In this document: piece by piece, positions 22,428 through 34,521 of the stretch | How positions within the stretch are numbered: position 1 is the stretch's first letter | Layout of the letters: each line of letters begins with the position of its first letter | Assembly: GCA_048213135.1 (NCBI GenBank) | Contig: PS015061.1 | Location: forward strand, 364,628 to 409,470 | Length of the DNA stretch: 44,843 bases | Direction of reading: 5' to 3' | DNA from: Reclinomonas americana ATCC 50394 | Lineage: Eukaryota | Made by a program: the position numbers and the translations under genes | The notes under the pieces: model-generated | What the model was told of the DNA's origin: nothing | Seen by the model: only the letters and a program-made list of their open reading frames with translations | Database searches by the model: none

Positions 22428-25400
22428 TTACACGTGCTGCTGCTCCTCGCCGCCATACGCCTCCTCGTACTCCTCCTCCAGCAGGGCGTCCGGAGTCAAG
22501 GTGGCTGCGCGAATCTCGTCCAGTGCCTTGGAGGCGGCCATGGCCACGCGTGGTGGGCACGGAGTGGTCGAGCGCATCACCAGGCTCAGCTTGTCCTCCA
22601 GCTGACGCTTGTGCGCGCGCAGCACCTTGCCCTGGTTGCAGTAGGCGTCCTTCAACGCCTGCCACCGTTGCTCCAGCAGGCTGTGCTTCTGCAGCACCTC
22701 GCTCACGAGCTTGGCGTCCAGGTCACGTCGCCTGCCGGCCGAGTCGAGCTCGTTCTTGTAGTAGGCGATCGAGCGCTCGCACTCGTCCAACGTCTGCTCG
22801 CGCGCCTGCAGCATCTCCACCAGCTCGACGTTGATGCTCTCCTCCTCGCGCAGCTTCTCCTCCAGCTGCTGTCGGTGCTCCTCGAACTCTTGAAGCACGT
22901 GGGTCTTGGACTCGTTCAGCGCCGTCACCTCCTGCTGCAGCTGATCGCGCTCGGCCGTCGTCTCGGTGAGATCACGCTCCAGTGCCGCGTGTCTCTCCAT
23001 GCGATCGCGGAGCGTCTCCTGCAGCTGGCGGCAATCGTCGACGGCCGACGCCAGTCGTGACTCCATGGACGCCATCTCCTCGCGCATCGTGTCTTCGCGG
23101 GTGTTCTTCTCGTCTTCCACCTCGCGAATCAGCGTCAACAGCTCCTCAATCTGCTGCGCGCGCACTCGCGTCATCTCCTCGCAGTCCACCAGCTGCTGGT
23201 GCAGGCCAGCCTTGTCCTCGAGCGTCACTCGCAGTTGGCCTTGCACGTCGGCCAGCGACATCTTCGTCAGCTCCAGTTCGTGGTTGCGGCTGGTCAGCAC
23301 GCTCTCCAGGCGCTGCAGCGTGGCCTCGGCCACCTGCAAGTGCGCCGAGACGCGCTCGCCACGGGCCGACAGCTGCTGCAGGTCGTGGTTCTGACGCTCG
23401 GCCGACTGCGCACGCGTCACCCACTGGTCCAACTCGGTACGCAGCTCCGACGTCAGCTCCTTCGACTCGCGCGAGTCTTCGAGCAACGAGTCGCGCTCCA
23501 GGCGCAGGTCCTCCACCTCCAGTTGCAGTGTGGCCACCGTGACGCGCAGGTCGCCGAGACGGCTGCCCATCTTCTCCACCACCGCCTCCAGCTCCTCAAA
23601 GCGATGCTGCTTCTCCTCGGCCTCGGCCTCACGAGCGGCCAGCACGGCGCGCGCGGATGCGACCTGCGCCTCCAACGTGGCGCGCTCGGAGCGCAGCATG
23701 TCGAGGTCGTCGGCCATCGAGTCGAGGGCCATCTCGCGCTCGCCAAGTTGCTCCTCCAGCGCCACGGCACGGGCGACAGCGCGCAGCACGCCACCCTCGA
23801 GCTCGTTCACTGCCGTGCGAATCTGCGCCTCGCGCTCCTCGCTGCCGTGCAGCTGCGCCTCCAGCAGGTGCACACGCTCACGCGACTCCTGTGCAGCGGC
23901 GCGGGTCTTGGCCAGGTCGTGTCGGACGGCCGCCAACTCCGTGGTGTCCTCGCTGAACAGGCGGCCGAGAGCGTTGCGCTGCACGGCGACCGCCGTGGTG
24001 TGCGCCAGTGCCTGAAGCGCATCCTCGGCAGCTTGCTGCGCAGTGCCGGACAGTTGCGACTGCAGGTTGGCCAGCTGCTGTCGCAGCTGCGCCAGCTGAG
24101 CATCACGCTGCGCCAGCAACGAGTTCTTGTTGGCGAGCGCAGACGACAGCGTCTCGTGTTGCTGCTGCTTCGCGGTCAGCGCCTTTTGCGTCTGCTGCAG
24201 CTGCGCCTCCGTGTGTGTCACCTCGGCAGTCATGGACTTGAACATGGCCTCCAGCACGCAGTTGCGCGACAACAGCTCGTTGCGCTCCTCCGTCAGCTGA
24301 GCATTGGCCAGCGCCAGAGCGCGGCAGTGCGCCTGCACCTGCTCGCGGTCACTGACCAGCGCGCGTTTCTCGTTGAGCAGCTTCGAGTTGGCCTCGGCCA
24401 GAGTCGCGCGGGTGGATTCTGTGTTGTGGATCACATGGGTTTTTGAGTGACACAAGCCCATGCAAAAGAGCGTCTTCAAGCTGACGTACCCAAGCGAGTG
24501 CGCTCCTCCGTCAAATCGTCAGTGTGCTTGTTGAGACGGCCGACCTGGTTGGCCAGCTGGTGCACATCGTTGCGCAGATCAAAGTTCTCGCTCAGCAGCG
24601 TCTGCAGTCGGGTCTCGTACATGTCGCGAACCGAGTCCACATCGCCCATCGACAGCTCCAGCGTGGCGAGGCGGCTCTCGACGAATGCCAAGCGCGAACC
24701 GTCGACCTTCTCCTCCCACAGGTTGGGGGAGGCGCCAATCGAGATTTGCTGCGCATGTGCCGCGTACGTCAGCGTCGACAACGTGTCGGCCGCGTTCTCG
24801 GTGGCCGGTGACACACAAAACAGCATCATCTGTGATTTTGAAAGTGAGAAAGCAGAACAAACAAGATAAAGGGCGATTGCAGGGCGACGCAACAGTGCGG
24901 GCATTGGTAAAGGACTTGTACAGCAGCGAGGTGAGCTTGCTGTCGCGGAAGGGAATGGTGGCAGACGACGACGACGCCTCCGACAGCTGCATGAGCACGC
25001 GACCGACAGCGAGCACACTGCGGTTGACAGTCGCCTGCGTGGCGCCCTGGTTGTGCGAGTTGCCGGCCACGTCGACAATGGTGAGGCGCGAAATCGTGCC
25101 CGGCGTCTCCTCCGTCTGGCGCTGATACACAGTCAGCTGAATAATGACGTCGGGCTGGCCGAGGTTGAGTTCCTCGAACGGGTTGCGGCTGCGGCGAGCC
25201 ACCTTGGCGCGCAGTCGCTCCAGACCCTGCGACAGCGTGCCGAGAGCCTGCGTCGCCGACTTGACGGGGCGATCGGTCAGGCCCTCGACAAAGAAGCCGC
25301 CGGCCTGCTGCGAGCCGCGCAGACGCAGTGAGCCACTGCCGCTCGGTGTGCCGGGGGTGCTGCCAAATGTCGGCGTCGTGGCTCCCGACTGTCGGCGAGT

Positions 25401-26348
25401 CGACGACGACGATGAAGCACCCGGGGAGGGTGGGCGACGTGACGACGACGTGGGTGTGCCGGTCGCGGCGGTGCGCGACATGGTCGGCGAGGGCGCCGCA
25501 GGTCCGAGCGACGGCGACGAGGGGGCGCTGCCGGCGGGCGACGATGCCGAGTTGCCAGGCCGGGCCAAAATGTCCTCCAGCGAGTCGGCCACAATGGCCA
25601 CCGCCGTGAGCTTGACCTCGACCGTGGTCGAGGTCGGGTGCCGCTGCTCAAGCGCCTCAAAGAGACGCGAAATGGCGCACGCTGCCACACCCGGCATGTC
25701 ATCGGCCTCGGTCGGCTGCTCACCAAGCGCGTCGCCAAGAAGCGTAAACGACTTGCCAGTGCCAGCGTGACCAAACGAGACCAGCGACGCATCAATGCCA
25801 GCGGCGCAGTCGCGCACCAGCGGCTCCACCGTCTCATTGTGAATGCGCCACGAGGCTGTGTCGGCCGGGAACACGTGATCAAAGCGGAACGAGCGGGCGC
25901 TCGAGCCAATGTTGACGCTGAGCTGCCCGTTGCCGCCCAGTGACAGCGCAGTGCCCGACTTGCACGGTGCAACCTGTGTGTGTGTGTGTTGCAGGTGAGG
26001 GGAAATAAAACGAAAACGGAATATGGAAGGGCAAGTCAGTTGTACCTTGACTGCCACCACCATCTTCTGCTGGTGCGGTTGAGCAGCTGGCGATGATGCG
26101 TGCGTCGCAGAGGCGGTGGGTGTCAGCGCGGCCTTGCTGGGCGTTGGCGACGATGAGGTCTTGCGCAGAGCGCCATACACGGCCGTGGGCGAGTTCATGT
26201 GCCACATGGGTGGCTTGCCGACAAACGACGTCGGTTGTGACGAAGGAGGAGGTGGCGACGAGGACGATATCGACATGGGCGATACGCTGGCGGCGCGACC
26301 GCCGAGCAACGACTGATCGTCGTCCACCAATGAAGGTCCGAGATCCAT
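22428..26348 (-). CDS. Kinesin-like protein 2 (paralog of protein 1), degenerate motor plus coiled coil, 4 exons
   Basis: FRFDHVF, ASLVSFGHAGTGKSFTL, LTIVDVAGNS, IPFRDSKLTSLL, DTLSTLTYAAHA. Coiled-coil exon ~24418-22428. Confidence 0.85.
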
Positions 26349-26636
26349 GTGATGCAAAATAGATGTGATTGGAGGGAGAGAGAGAGTGTGTGTGTATGTG
26401 TTACAAGACCAACAAGCTTGGTGCTCGCTCTCAGGTGGACACACAAAGAATGGGGTGCACTGAAAAATGTGGTTATCTCGTTATCTAGAATCGGCGGTTT
26501 CTTCGTTATCGATCTCCCCCCAACACACACACACACGCCTGCCACCGCCTTTAACGCCTCTCGTGACTGTCATTGTCTACGTTCATGAAAAGTGTGCACA
26601 CACACGCACACACACACATGCACACACTCGTGACAA

Positions 26637-29398
26637 TTACGACGGCACGCGCTTCCTGTCCAAATCCGGCAACGAAATTCCGGCGACAACTTGCAGGTGG
26701 CTCCTGCAAGTAATGTAAATCGATAGCGCCGTTTCTGCAGCGGCGCAAACACAGGCATACCTTCCGGACTCAATGTCCGCAGTCCACACGCGCACGGAGC
26801 CATCGAAACCGCCGGTGACGACGATCACGGCTGCTTGATCCGCCTCTTGTGCAACGGCTAGCGACTGCACTGGTGCGCCGTGATTGTGGCCCACGCAGCA
26901 GTCCTGCTGTGCGCCACTAGCCAGCGACCATGTGCGTAGTGAGCCGTCCCAGCTGCAGGAGACCAGCATATCGTGCCCATCCGCGAATGCAACACCGGTG
27001 ACGCTGCTGGTGTGTCCAGCCAGTTGCCGCAACTGCTGCGCATGCACATCATCGCCGTCGGGCGACAAGGACCACACATGAATAGAGGCGTCTTTGCTGC
27101 TGCTGGCCCACGTGCGACCGTCTGTACTGACGGCAAGTGACAGCACACTGGTCGCGTGCCGATGCACCACCGACACGAATTCTCCGCTGGCCAGCGACCA
27201 CAACCGAACGGTGCCGTCTTGTCCGCCACTGACCACGTGCGACGACCCTGTCACCGCAAGGGCAAGCACAGCGCCCTCGTGACCCTCCATGCAGTGCACG
27301 GCATCTCCAGTGGCCAGCGACCACACACGCACCGTGCCGTCCCAGCCACCACTGAGCACCAACTGCGACTCCGGTGTCACGGCCACGGCCTGCACCTCAC
27401 GTGTATGTCCGCGCAGCACCAGCGCGCACTCGCCCAGCCTCCTTGTCGCCAAAGACCACACACGGAGAGTGTGATCAAAGCTGCCAGTGACGATGAACTG
27501 GCCATCGGGGGACACCGCCACCGCCTCCACCCATCGCGTGTGTCCGTGCAGCTCGGACACGAGCGTGCCAGTCTCCCGTGACCACACGCGCGCCACATGG
27601 TCGCGCCCACCACTGACAATCAGTGCAGCGTCTGGCGTGAGAGTCACGGCACCGACAACCGCCGCATGGCCAACGGTTTCATTGCGCACTTCGTCGCCCT
27701 CGGTCCACTGCCGAATCGTGCAGTCATGACTGGCGCTGAAGACAACCAGTGGTGGCGGCGACGGCGACGCAATTGCGACAGCCGACACGCAACCAGCGTG
27801 TCCCTCGAAGCGACGCACTTGGCGGCCGTCGTCGAGCGACCACATGCGAATGGATTTATCCCAGCCTCCAGAAACCACGTGCCGCGAGTCGGGCGACACG
27901 GCCACGCACCACACAGTCGCCGTGTGACCAACCAGTCGGTGCACCATGTCGCCACTGTCCACACGCCACACGCGGATGGTGTGATCTGCTGCACCGCTCA
28001 CGACCGACTGCGAATCAGGCGCAATGGCCACACATGTCACCGCGTCGGTGTGGCCGATGAACCGGCGCACCACTGCCATCGTTGCTTCTGTATGCACACA
28101 CAGGTACAGCATCTTGTCCATTCCACCGCTGACAACAAGCTGTCGGTCGGCAGCCACACACATCACATGACCGCAGTGATGGCGATGATGGCACACTTCT
28201 GCTCCAGTGGCGAGCGCCCACTTTCGCACCACGCAGTCACGACTGCCACTTATCACATGCTCGCCATCGGCCGTCACCGCCACGGCCAGCAATGCGGCCG
28301 AGTGTCCTTCCAAGCGCGCCTCTAGCGCGCCCGTCATCGCGTTCCACACGCACACCGCCGAGTCTTCGCCGCCACTCACCACACTGTCGGCAGTCAGCGC
28401 CACCGCTGTGACGGCACCCTTGTGAGCGTGCTCGATGCATCGCACCGGCCGTCCACCCACCTCGGACCACACACACACGGAGCCGGCACCGTCGCCACTC
28501 ACCAATGACATGGGCGACGACGCGGTGACGGCCAAGGCTCGCACCTCTTTCGCGCACCTCGCAAAAGGCTCTCGACGCGGCAGTCGCGCACCCGTCACAT
28601 CAGCATCCGTCAGGTCGGCGTCTAGGCACAAGGCCAGACTCAGGTTCACGTCGCGCAAATCAGCACCTCGCAACACCGTGCGATGTAGCACGGCATCTCG
28701 CATATCAGCGCCACACAGTCGAACGCCACTCAAGTCGCGACCGCTGAATGACACGCGCGCGGCTGTCAGAATGGTCGCGGCATTGGCGGCCGCCGTCGTC
28801 GTCACCTCGCTTGTCTCGCGTGACAACAGCACCACTTCCCACAGGCGCTGCTGCAGTGGCGCGGACGCTGACACCATGCTGGCCAGCTGCGTCACCAGTC
28901 GCGGTCGGTCGGTGAGCAGGCGTGCATTCAATGACACTGGGAGCAGCAGTGACTCGTCGTACACACTGCCGATGATGAGGACGGATGATGAGTGAATGGG
29001 AATAATGAATGCACAACGACATCAGCGCGTCACGCAACGAATGCTGCTGTGGCGCACTGCTCACAAGCAGGTGAGGAGTTGTGGCACGAATGCCGACATC
29101 GCTCAACAAGATCGTGTGGCAATCATCTGGCGTCAAATCCTTGCAGAATGGCACATGGATCATTCGGAGAGAGGAGCCTGGGGTGAGCGTGCGGTGTAGT
29201 TCCTCATCCACGTGAGTAAGCAGCTGTCGAAGGGTGCTGCGCGCATGCATGCCGTCGACAGTGACGGTGCACACCGATTGCGACGCGGCATCGGTGATCA
29301 CATCCACATGCACGGAGAACGACTGCGTGGATACAAGTGAGAGGACGTGAGAGTGGCCATGCAAGGATGAAAAGAACCTCGGCTCCGTCGTCGTGCAT
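26637..29398 (-). CDS. Ubiquitin-like domain / pentapeptide repeat / 14x WD40 protein (NACHT-less NLR-like paralog), ~877 aa
   Basis: Exons 29398-29378, 29322-29039 and 28965-26637 join in frame (an in-frame 57-nt intron near 26760-26704 is possible). SFSVHV..VTVDGMHARSTLRQLL..LLSDVGIRATTPHLLV; AAANAATIL..FSGRDLSGVRLCGADMRDA; 14 GH..SG..D..W repeats. Confidence 0.8.
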
Positions 29399-29487
29399 GA
29401 AGAAGGGACGAGTCTGTCGTCGGATTTGTCGGAAAATCATGCAGTGCTGTCGGACTCTGCTTCATTAGGATGTTGTCTCTTGTCTAC

Positions 29488-32392
29488 TCAGCGCCTGCGC
29501 TTCGTGGAGGACTTGGGGGGCCGATGGTTCGCACGAGGGCGCTGTCTTGCGACCTCGGCTTCGACGCCTGTGTGATCCTGCAACGGGTGCGCGTGGCGTT
29601 CCCGATCGCGTTGCGAGCGCGCAGACGGCGGTGGCGGTCCGGCAGGCGGGGGCCCGGGCATCGTGGCGTGCCTGTGTTGATCGTGACTGTGTGGTCTCGC
29701 GACAGGGGCGGGAGCAGGGCGCTGACTGGCGATCTGATGCAACGTGTCGTGGATCGACGTGCCGGACCAGCTGTGGCTACCAAGAGCGGCGGTGGCGGCG
29801 GCGGCGCGGCTCGGCTGTTGTGAGACGTACGACTGTGGGCGCGCGCGCTCCGGCGACCACGTGTATGCCACCTCGCGATCGGAATGGATGGTGGAGGTGG
29901 CGTACGAGCGCTCCGTCAGCGATCCACCGAGACGCACCTCAGCAGCCTCCGCAGCAGTGCGATGGTAGCGCGCCGACTGACGGCTGCTCGGCAGCGATGA
30001 CGCTACAGCTGCTGTGGGTGCCGCCAAGAGCGGCAGTGGAAGACGCGGCACTTTGGCCAGCGGGTGTCGGGGTGTGTAGCCGCGCTCGCGGTCCAAGTCG
30101 GCAGCCGGCAGTGTGACAAGCGCAAAGGCTGTGGACGACAAACAATGAGACGTGGGCACAAAGAAGGGGGGAGACGATTGTTACGCACGTCGCTCGACGG
30201 CAGTGGTGGGGTCTGTGTGACGCTGGGAGGCTCGAAACGCTTCGCTGGCAGCCTTCAGCTTGGCGCCCGGAAAGTGACCGGCCGAGGGCACACGTGGTTT
30301 GCCGTAGATGGAGGTGTACGAGGCCGCGTGCGAGGCCGCGTACTTGCGATCGGTGGTCGGGCTGCCATAGTCGTCATCGCTCTCGTCGTCGTCGTCGCCG
30401 CCACTGAAGGAATACCCGTCCGAGTTGTCCTCTTGCTCGTCTGTGCACGCAGTGATAGTGAGATCGACTGACGGGGAGGAGGAGGATATAAGGAAGGGGG
30501 TGTACACGCACAGTCGAGCTGCTGACGACGTCCACGGAAGATACGCAAGTCGGCGGCATCGGTGTAGTCGAGGGGGCGGGGTTCAGCGTGCGGGGGTGGG
30601 TCTGGGGGGGCTGGTGGGGCGGCGAGGAGAGAGTTTTGCTCGAGGGTCTATTGAGGAGAAGGGATGTTGAGGGAAAGGGAGTAAGACGAGAAGGAGACGC
30701 GACGAGAGTGAGAAGAGAAGAGAAAGAGGAGGGAAGGAAAAGTATAAAAAGAGACGAATTGGAAGTTTTGAGATATGCCAACAAGCAAGTAAGAAGGCAG
30801 AGAGGGTAGTGAAGGAAAGGATGCAAAGAGAGCATGCAAATGTATGAGAGAGCAGCATCTCGCGATCGATGAAGAGGAAGAGAGGAAGGGCAGCTACGAG
30901 AGATGCAAGGCACGAGACGAGCAATCACGACAAATGCAAGAAGGCGAGTGCATACGGGAGAAAAGAAGATCAACGACGGATGACGGGGGGAGACACGATG
31001 AGCAACTTTGAGAGACGCAAGAAAGCAATAAGAAGGATAAGATGGGAAGATGAAGGATGCAACCTGCAACATTGAGAAATGCACAGGACGAGAAACTGAA
31101 CGGAGAGCGGGAGGAAGGAATGCGAGAGGAAGGAAAGAACACGTTGACAGGAGAGCGAACGAAGGAGAGGAAGCGATGGGAGTGGCGGAACTGACAGCAA
31201 CAATAGATGCACTAGAAGAAGCGAGAACTATGCGACGGACATGCATCCATGGTGCAGAGAGGGTGCCATTAATATTACAAACCGACGACAGTCCAAGCTT
31301 CACCAGGTCCAGGGAAAATGGCACCGATCGACCTGCCTTGCTCTCACCACGCGACGACAATGGCGGACGCACGGACGAGCGAGCTGAAGGCGGGGGCGAG
31401 TGGCCGCGACTGCACGGCGCACTGCGACTGATCGGTCCCGACAAAGACGAACCGCCGGCACCCCTGTTGGCCGTGACGGGTCGAGTCTGTGCCTTTGGTG
31501 GCAGCGTGGCCAGTTCGCGGTTCTTTTGGTTGACCAGTTGTCGATGGCGATCACGAATGACGACCCATGCCGGCTGACCTCCGGCCGCCTGTCGTGCAAT
31601 CTCGGCCCAGCCTGTCAACGGGTGAGCTCACAACACACACACCGGACCCGACAAAGCGATGGAGGAGGCGCAACTGGAGTCGGGATTCTCCCGAGCCTTC
31701 TCCATGAGGCACAGCAGCTCAGGCAAGGGCAGGTGAGTGCGGCGAAGCAGACGACTCATGTCTCCGTTGCTGCTGACGCGATGGCGCGCACCGCCATCGT
31801 GTGAGTCGTCGAACTGGGCGGGGATGCAGTGAGAGCAAAGTCGGGAGCGTATTGGTTGTCACGTAATACGAACCAAATCGCCATCATCGTCGTTGTCGTA
31901 GTCTCCCTCTTCGTCATCTCGTTCCTTTTCATCGTCGTTTTTGGTGACCACGCCCGACGACTGCCACGTGCGATGTGTGAACTCTCCATCGCCGTGCTTG
32001 TACGAGGGAGGAGAGGCGGCCTTGTGTGCCTGCGTGCGTTTGGTGATGGAACCGAGGGCACGCGGTCGATTCGCATCGTTCCGCTCGCGAAACAGTCGGG
32101 CAGCGAACAACACGAGACTCTGTGTGGGGGGTGTGAAAGCACGGCGATTGGTACATAGCAGCAAGCGAAGTGGGGAAGCAGCAGCAGCGCAAAACTGAGT
32201 GACCTCTCGTTGTTTGCGCTCGTAGTCGTCTGCGGACAGCCGTTTACTGACCGCCGCCGCTGGTGGGAACGCAGGAGGTGAAGGCACTGCCAGTGGGGCA
32301 GCAGCAGCAGCGCCCTCGTGAGTCACAGCGGTGGGAGGACGGTCGACGGAGGCGCGGTGGAGACTGAGCCCCGTGTGCCGCCCGTCGCTCAT
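29488..32392 (-). CDS. Hypothetical, largely low-complexity/disordered protein; multi-exon, structure approximate
   Basis: Successive minus-strand frames rich in S/P/A/R/D bounded by GT-AG sites. ATG at 32392, stop at 29488. No domain recognised. Confidence 0.5.
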
Positions 32393-32693
32393 GCCTTTTC
32401 TCTGCCGATTTGTGAAAACACGTGCAATCGCTGCGATTTTCGATTTCCGAGCGAAACGGTCATTTTGCATGCAAATGTGAATTGGCGGCGGCACTGTGCT
32501 GAGTGGGGGTGTGGTGGCGAGGGGGGAATGGATGAGATATAGTCTGGGGTGGCGTGTGTGAATGCATCTCAGAGGCTGTCAAGTGAACGAGCATGCATCG
32601 AGATCGGAAATCGCACAAGATTGGTTGGTTGCGCACCAATGGAGTTCGGATTGCACGGATTGCAATCTACAACAACAACAACAACAACAACAA

Positions 32694-32972
32694 NNNNNNN
32701 NNNNNNNNNNNNNNNNNNNNNNNNNNNNNNNNNNNNNNNNNNNNNNNNNNNNNNNNNNNNNNNNNNNNNNNNNNNNNNNNNNNNNNNNNNNNNNNNNNNN
32801 NNNNNNNNNNNNNNNNNNNNNNNNNNNNNNNNNNNNNNNNNNNNNNNNNNNNNNNNNNNNNNNNNNNNNNNNNNNNNNNNNNNNNNNNNNNNNNNNNNNN
32901 NNNNNNNNNNNNNNNNNNNNNNNNNNNNNNNNNNNNNNNNNNNNNNNNNNNNNNNNNNNNNNNNNNNNNNNN
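32694..32972. other. Assembly gap preceded by an (AAC)n microsatellite
   Basis: Run of N after (aac)n at ~32670-32693. Confidence 0.95.
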
Positions 32973-33099
32973 CTCACGGAAGTTGTCACTGCTTGACTGG
33001 CGCTGGGTGCCGGCTGGCGGTTCTGTATGCAAGCGATTAAGACCGCGACTATTATACGCACATGAAGATCATCCCCGACGACAAGAAACGCTTCGAGCT

Positions 33100-33520
33100 T
33101 CGAATTCCGCTTCGTCTCTTGTTCCAGTTTCGCCGCTGGTAAAGTAACAGTGGTGGTGAGCATGCATCTCACATCCTCATCAGTGACTTCGTAAAGCAGC
33201 TGCATTGTGCGGTGAAGATCGCAGTTCCCGACTTGTTCGGAGCTCCGAGAGCGAACACACACACACACACACGGAACCTGCTGCTGCCTCAAGATTGGTG
33301 TTCGTGTTGATGTTTTGGATATGGTTGAACTTGGTCATCAAGACAGCTGTTGCTTGTTTGTTGGTGAATGAATTGTTGTTGTGCACGGTTGCGACGTCGT
33401 GCACGTGCTTGCGACGTACGCGTACGTCGATTCGAATTTGTCGTACCATAGTCGTGATATTGAGCTTATGAAGTTGTTGAGAACACGAGGCAGCACAGTC
33501 CCATCATGCATGCGCAAGGA
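33100..33520 (-). pseudogene. Possible downstream remnant of an AAA-ATPase_like (PF09820-type) gene
   Basis: Broken frames read LNNFISSISRLW, LMTKFNHIQNINTNTNLEAAAG and TDEDVRCML, which resemble the family's N..NIS....CGFTEEEV segment. Weak, by-eye similarity. Confidence 0.35.
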
Positions 33521-33615
33521 GCGAGGAAAGCGCTTCAACTCTCTCTCAACAACTTCGACGGAATCTGCATTTGTCCTAGGATCCTCCTCTCTTCCACAAA
33601 TCCGTCTCAGATTCA

Positions 33616-34521
33616 ATGAGCAGCAACAGCTTCGCCACCGGCCAAGGCTGGGACCAGGCCGCCGAGACGTTCGCTCGCATAGCCTCGCGTATCTCGGCGC
33701 ACATGGGCCACGCCGCGCTGGAGCGCAGTGGATTCTTTGAGTTGTTGCACGACGAGCATCACCGCGCGCACCTGCTCGATCTGGCGTGCGGCGCGGGCCC
33801 CGTGGCGCTGGAGGTCGCAGAGCGCATTGCTGCGGCCGCGCACACCAAGGCGCACGTCACGGCCGTCGACATTTCTCCCAAGATGATTGAGCTGCTGGAG
33901 AAGCAGGTGGAGGCGCGGCATGTGAACCCGCAGCTGATCACCACCGTCGTGCAGAGCGCACAGGAGCTGCGGCCGTTGTTGGAGGATGGCTCCGTGGACG
34001 CGGCGATCAGTGTGTGGGGACTCATTTTCTTCCCGGATCGCGTCGCCGGCATGCGCGAGGTGCACCGCGTGCTCGCCGCCGACGGCACCGCAGTGATTGT
34101 GTCGTGGGCCTCGAACGACTTGGTGGAGGGTGTGGTCACCGTCATGCACCGCCTGAAGCCGGAGCTGCCGCCCGACGCCATGCCGCCGAGCGTCGCCGCG
34201 GCACTGTCGTTGCGCACTCCCGAGGACATGCTGCGGCTGTTTGCGGAGGCCGGCTTCGAGGCCGACAAGTGCCAGGCCGAGCTGTTCCCCATGCGACTGG
34301 ACGAGTCCGGCCGCTTCCTGCTCAACGTCAAGTCGGCGGAGGAGTTGGCGGCGACGCTGGCGGTGAATCCGGTGTTTGCCGACGCCGCCAAGTTTGCGGG
34401 TATTGAGATGGAGGTGTTTCAGAGGGGCATGATGGAGTGGTTTACAGAGAATGCGCTGGATGAGGAGACGAGCGAGTTTAACTTCAAGGCCACGTCGCTG
34501 GTGGGTGTGGCCCGGAAGTGA
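33616..34521 (+). CDS. Class I SAM-dependent methyltransferase (Methyltransf_11/25, UbiE-like), intronless, 301 aa
   Basis: LLDLACGAG (motif I), VTAVDISPKMI, LEDGSVDAAISVWGLIFFPDRVAGMREVHRVLAADG; uninterrupted ORF. Confidence 0.9.
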   Translation: MSSNSFATGQGWDQAAETFARIASRISAHMGHAALERSGFFELLHDEHHRAHLLDLACGAGPVALEVAERIAAAAHTKAHVTAVDISPKMIELLEKQVEARHVNPQLITTVVQSAQELRPLLEDGSVDAAISVWGLIFFPDRVAGMREVHRVLAADGTAVIVSWASNDLVEGVVTVMHRLKPELPPDAMPPSVAAALSLRTPEDMLRLFAEAGFEADKCQAELFPMRLDESGRFLLNVKSAEELAATLAVNPVFADAAKFAGIEMEVFQRGMMEWFTENALDEETSEFNFKATSLVGVARK

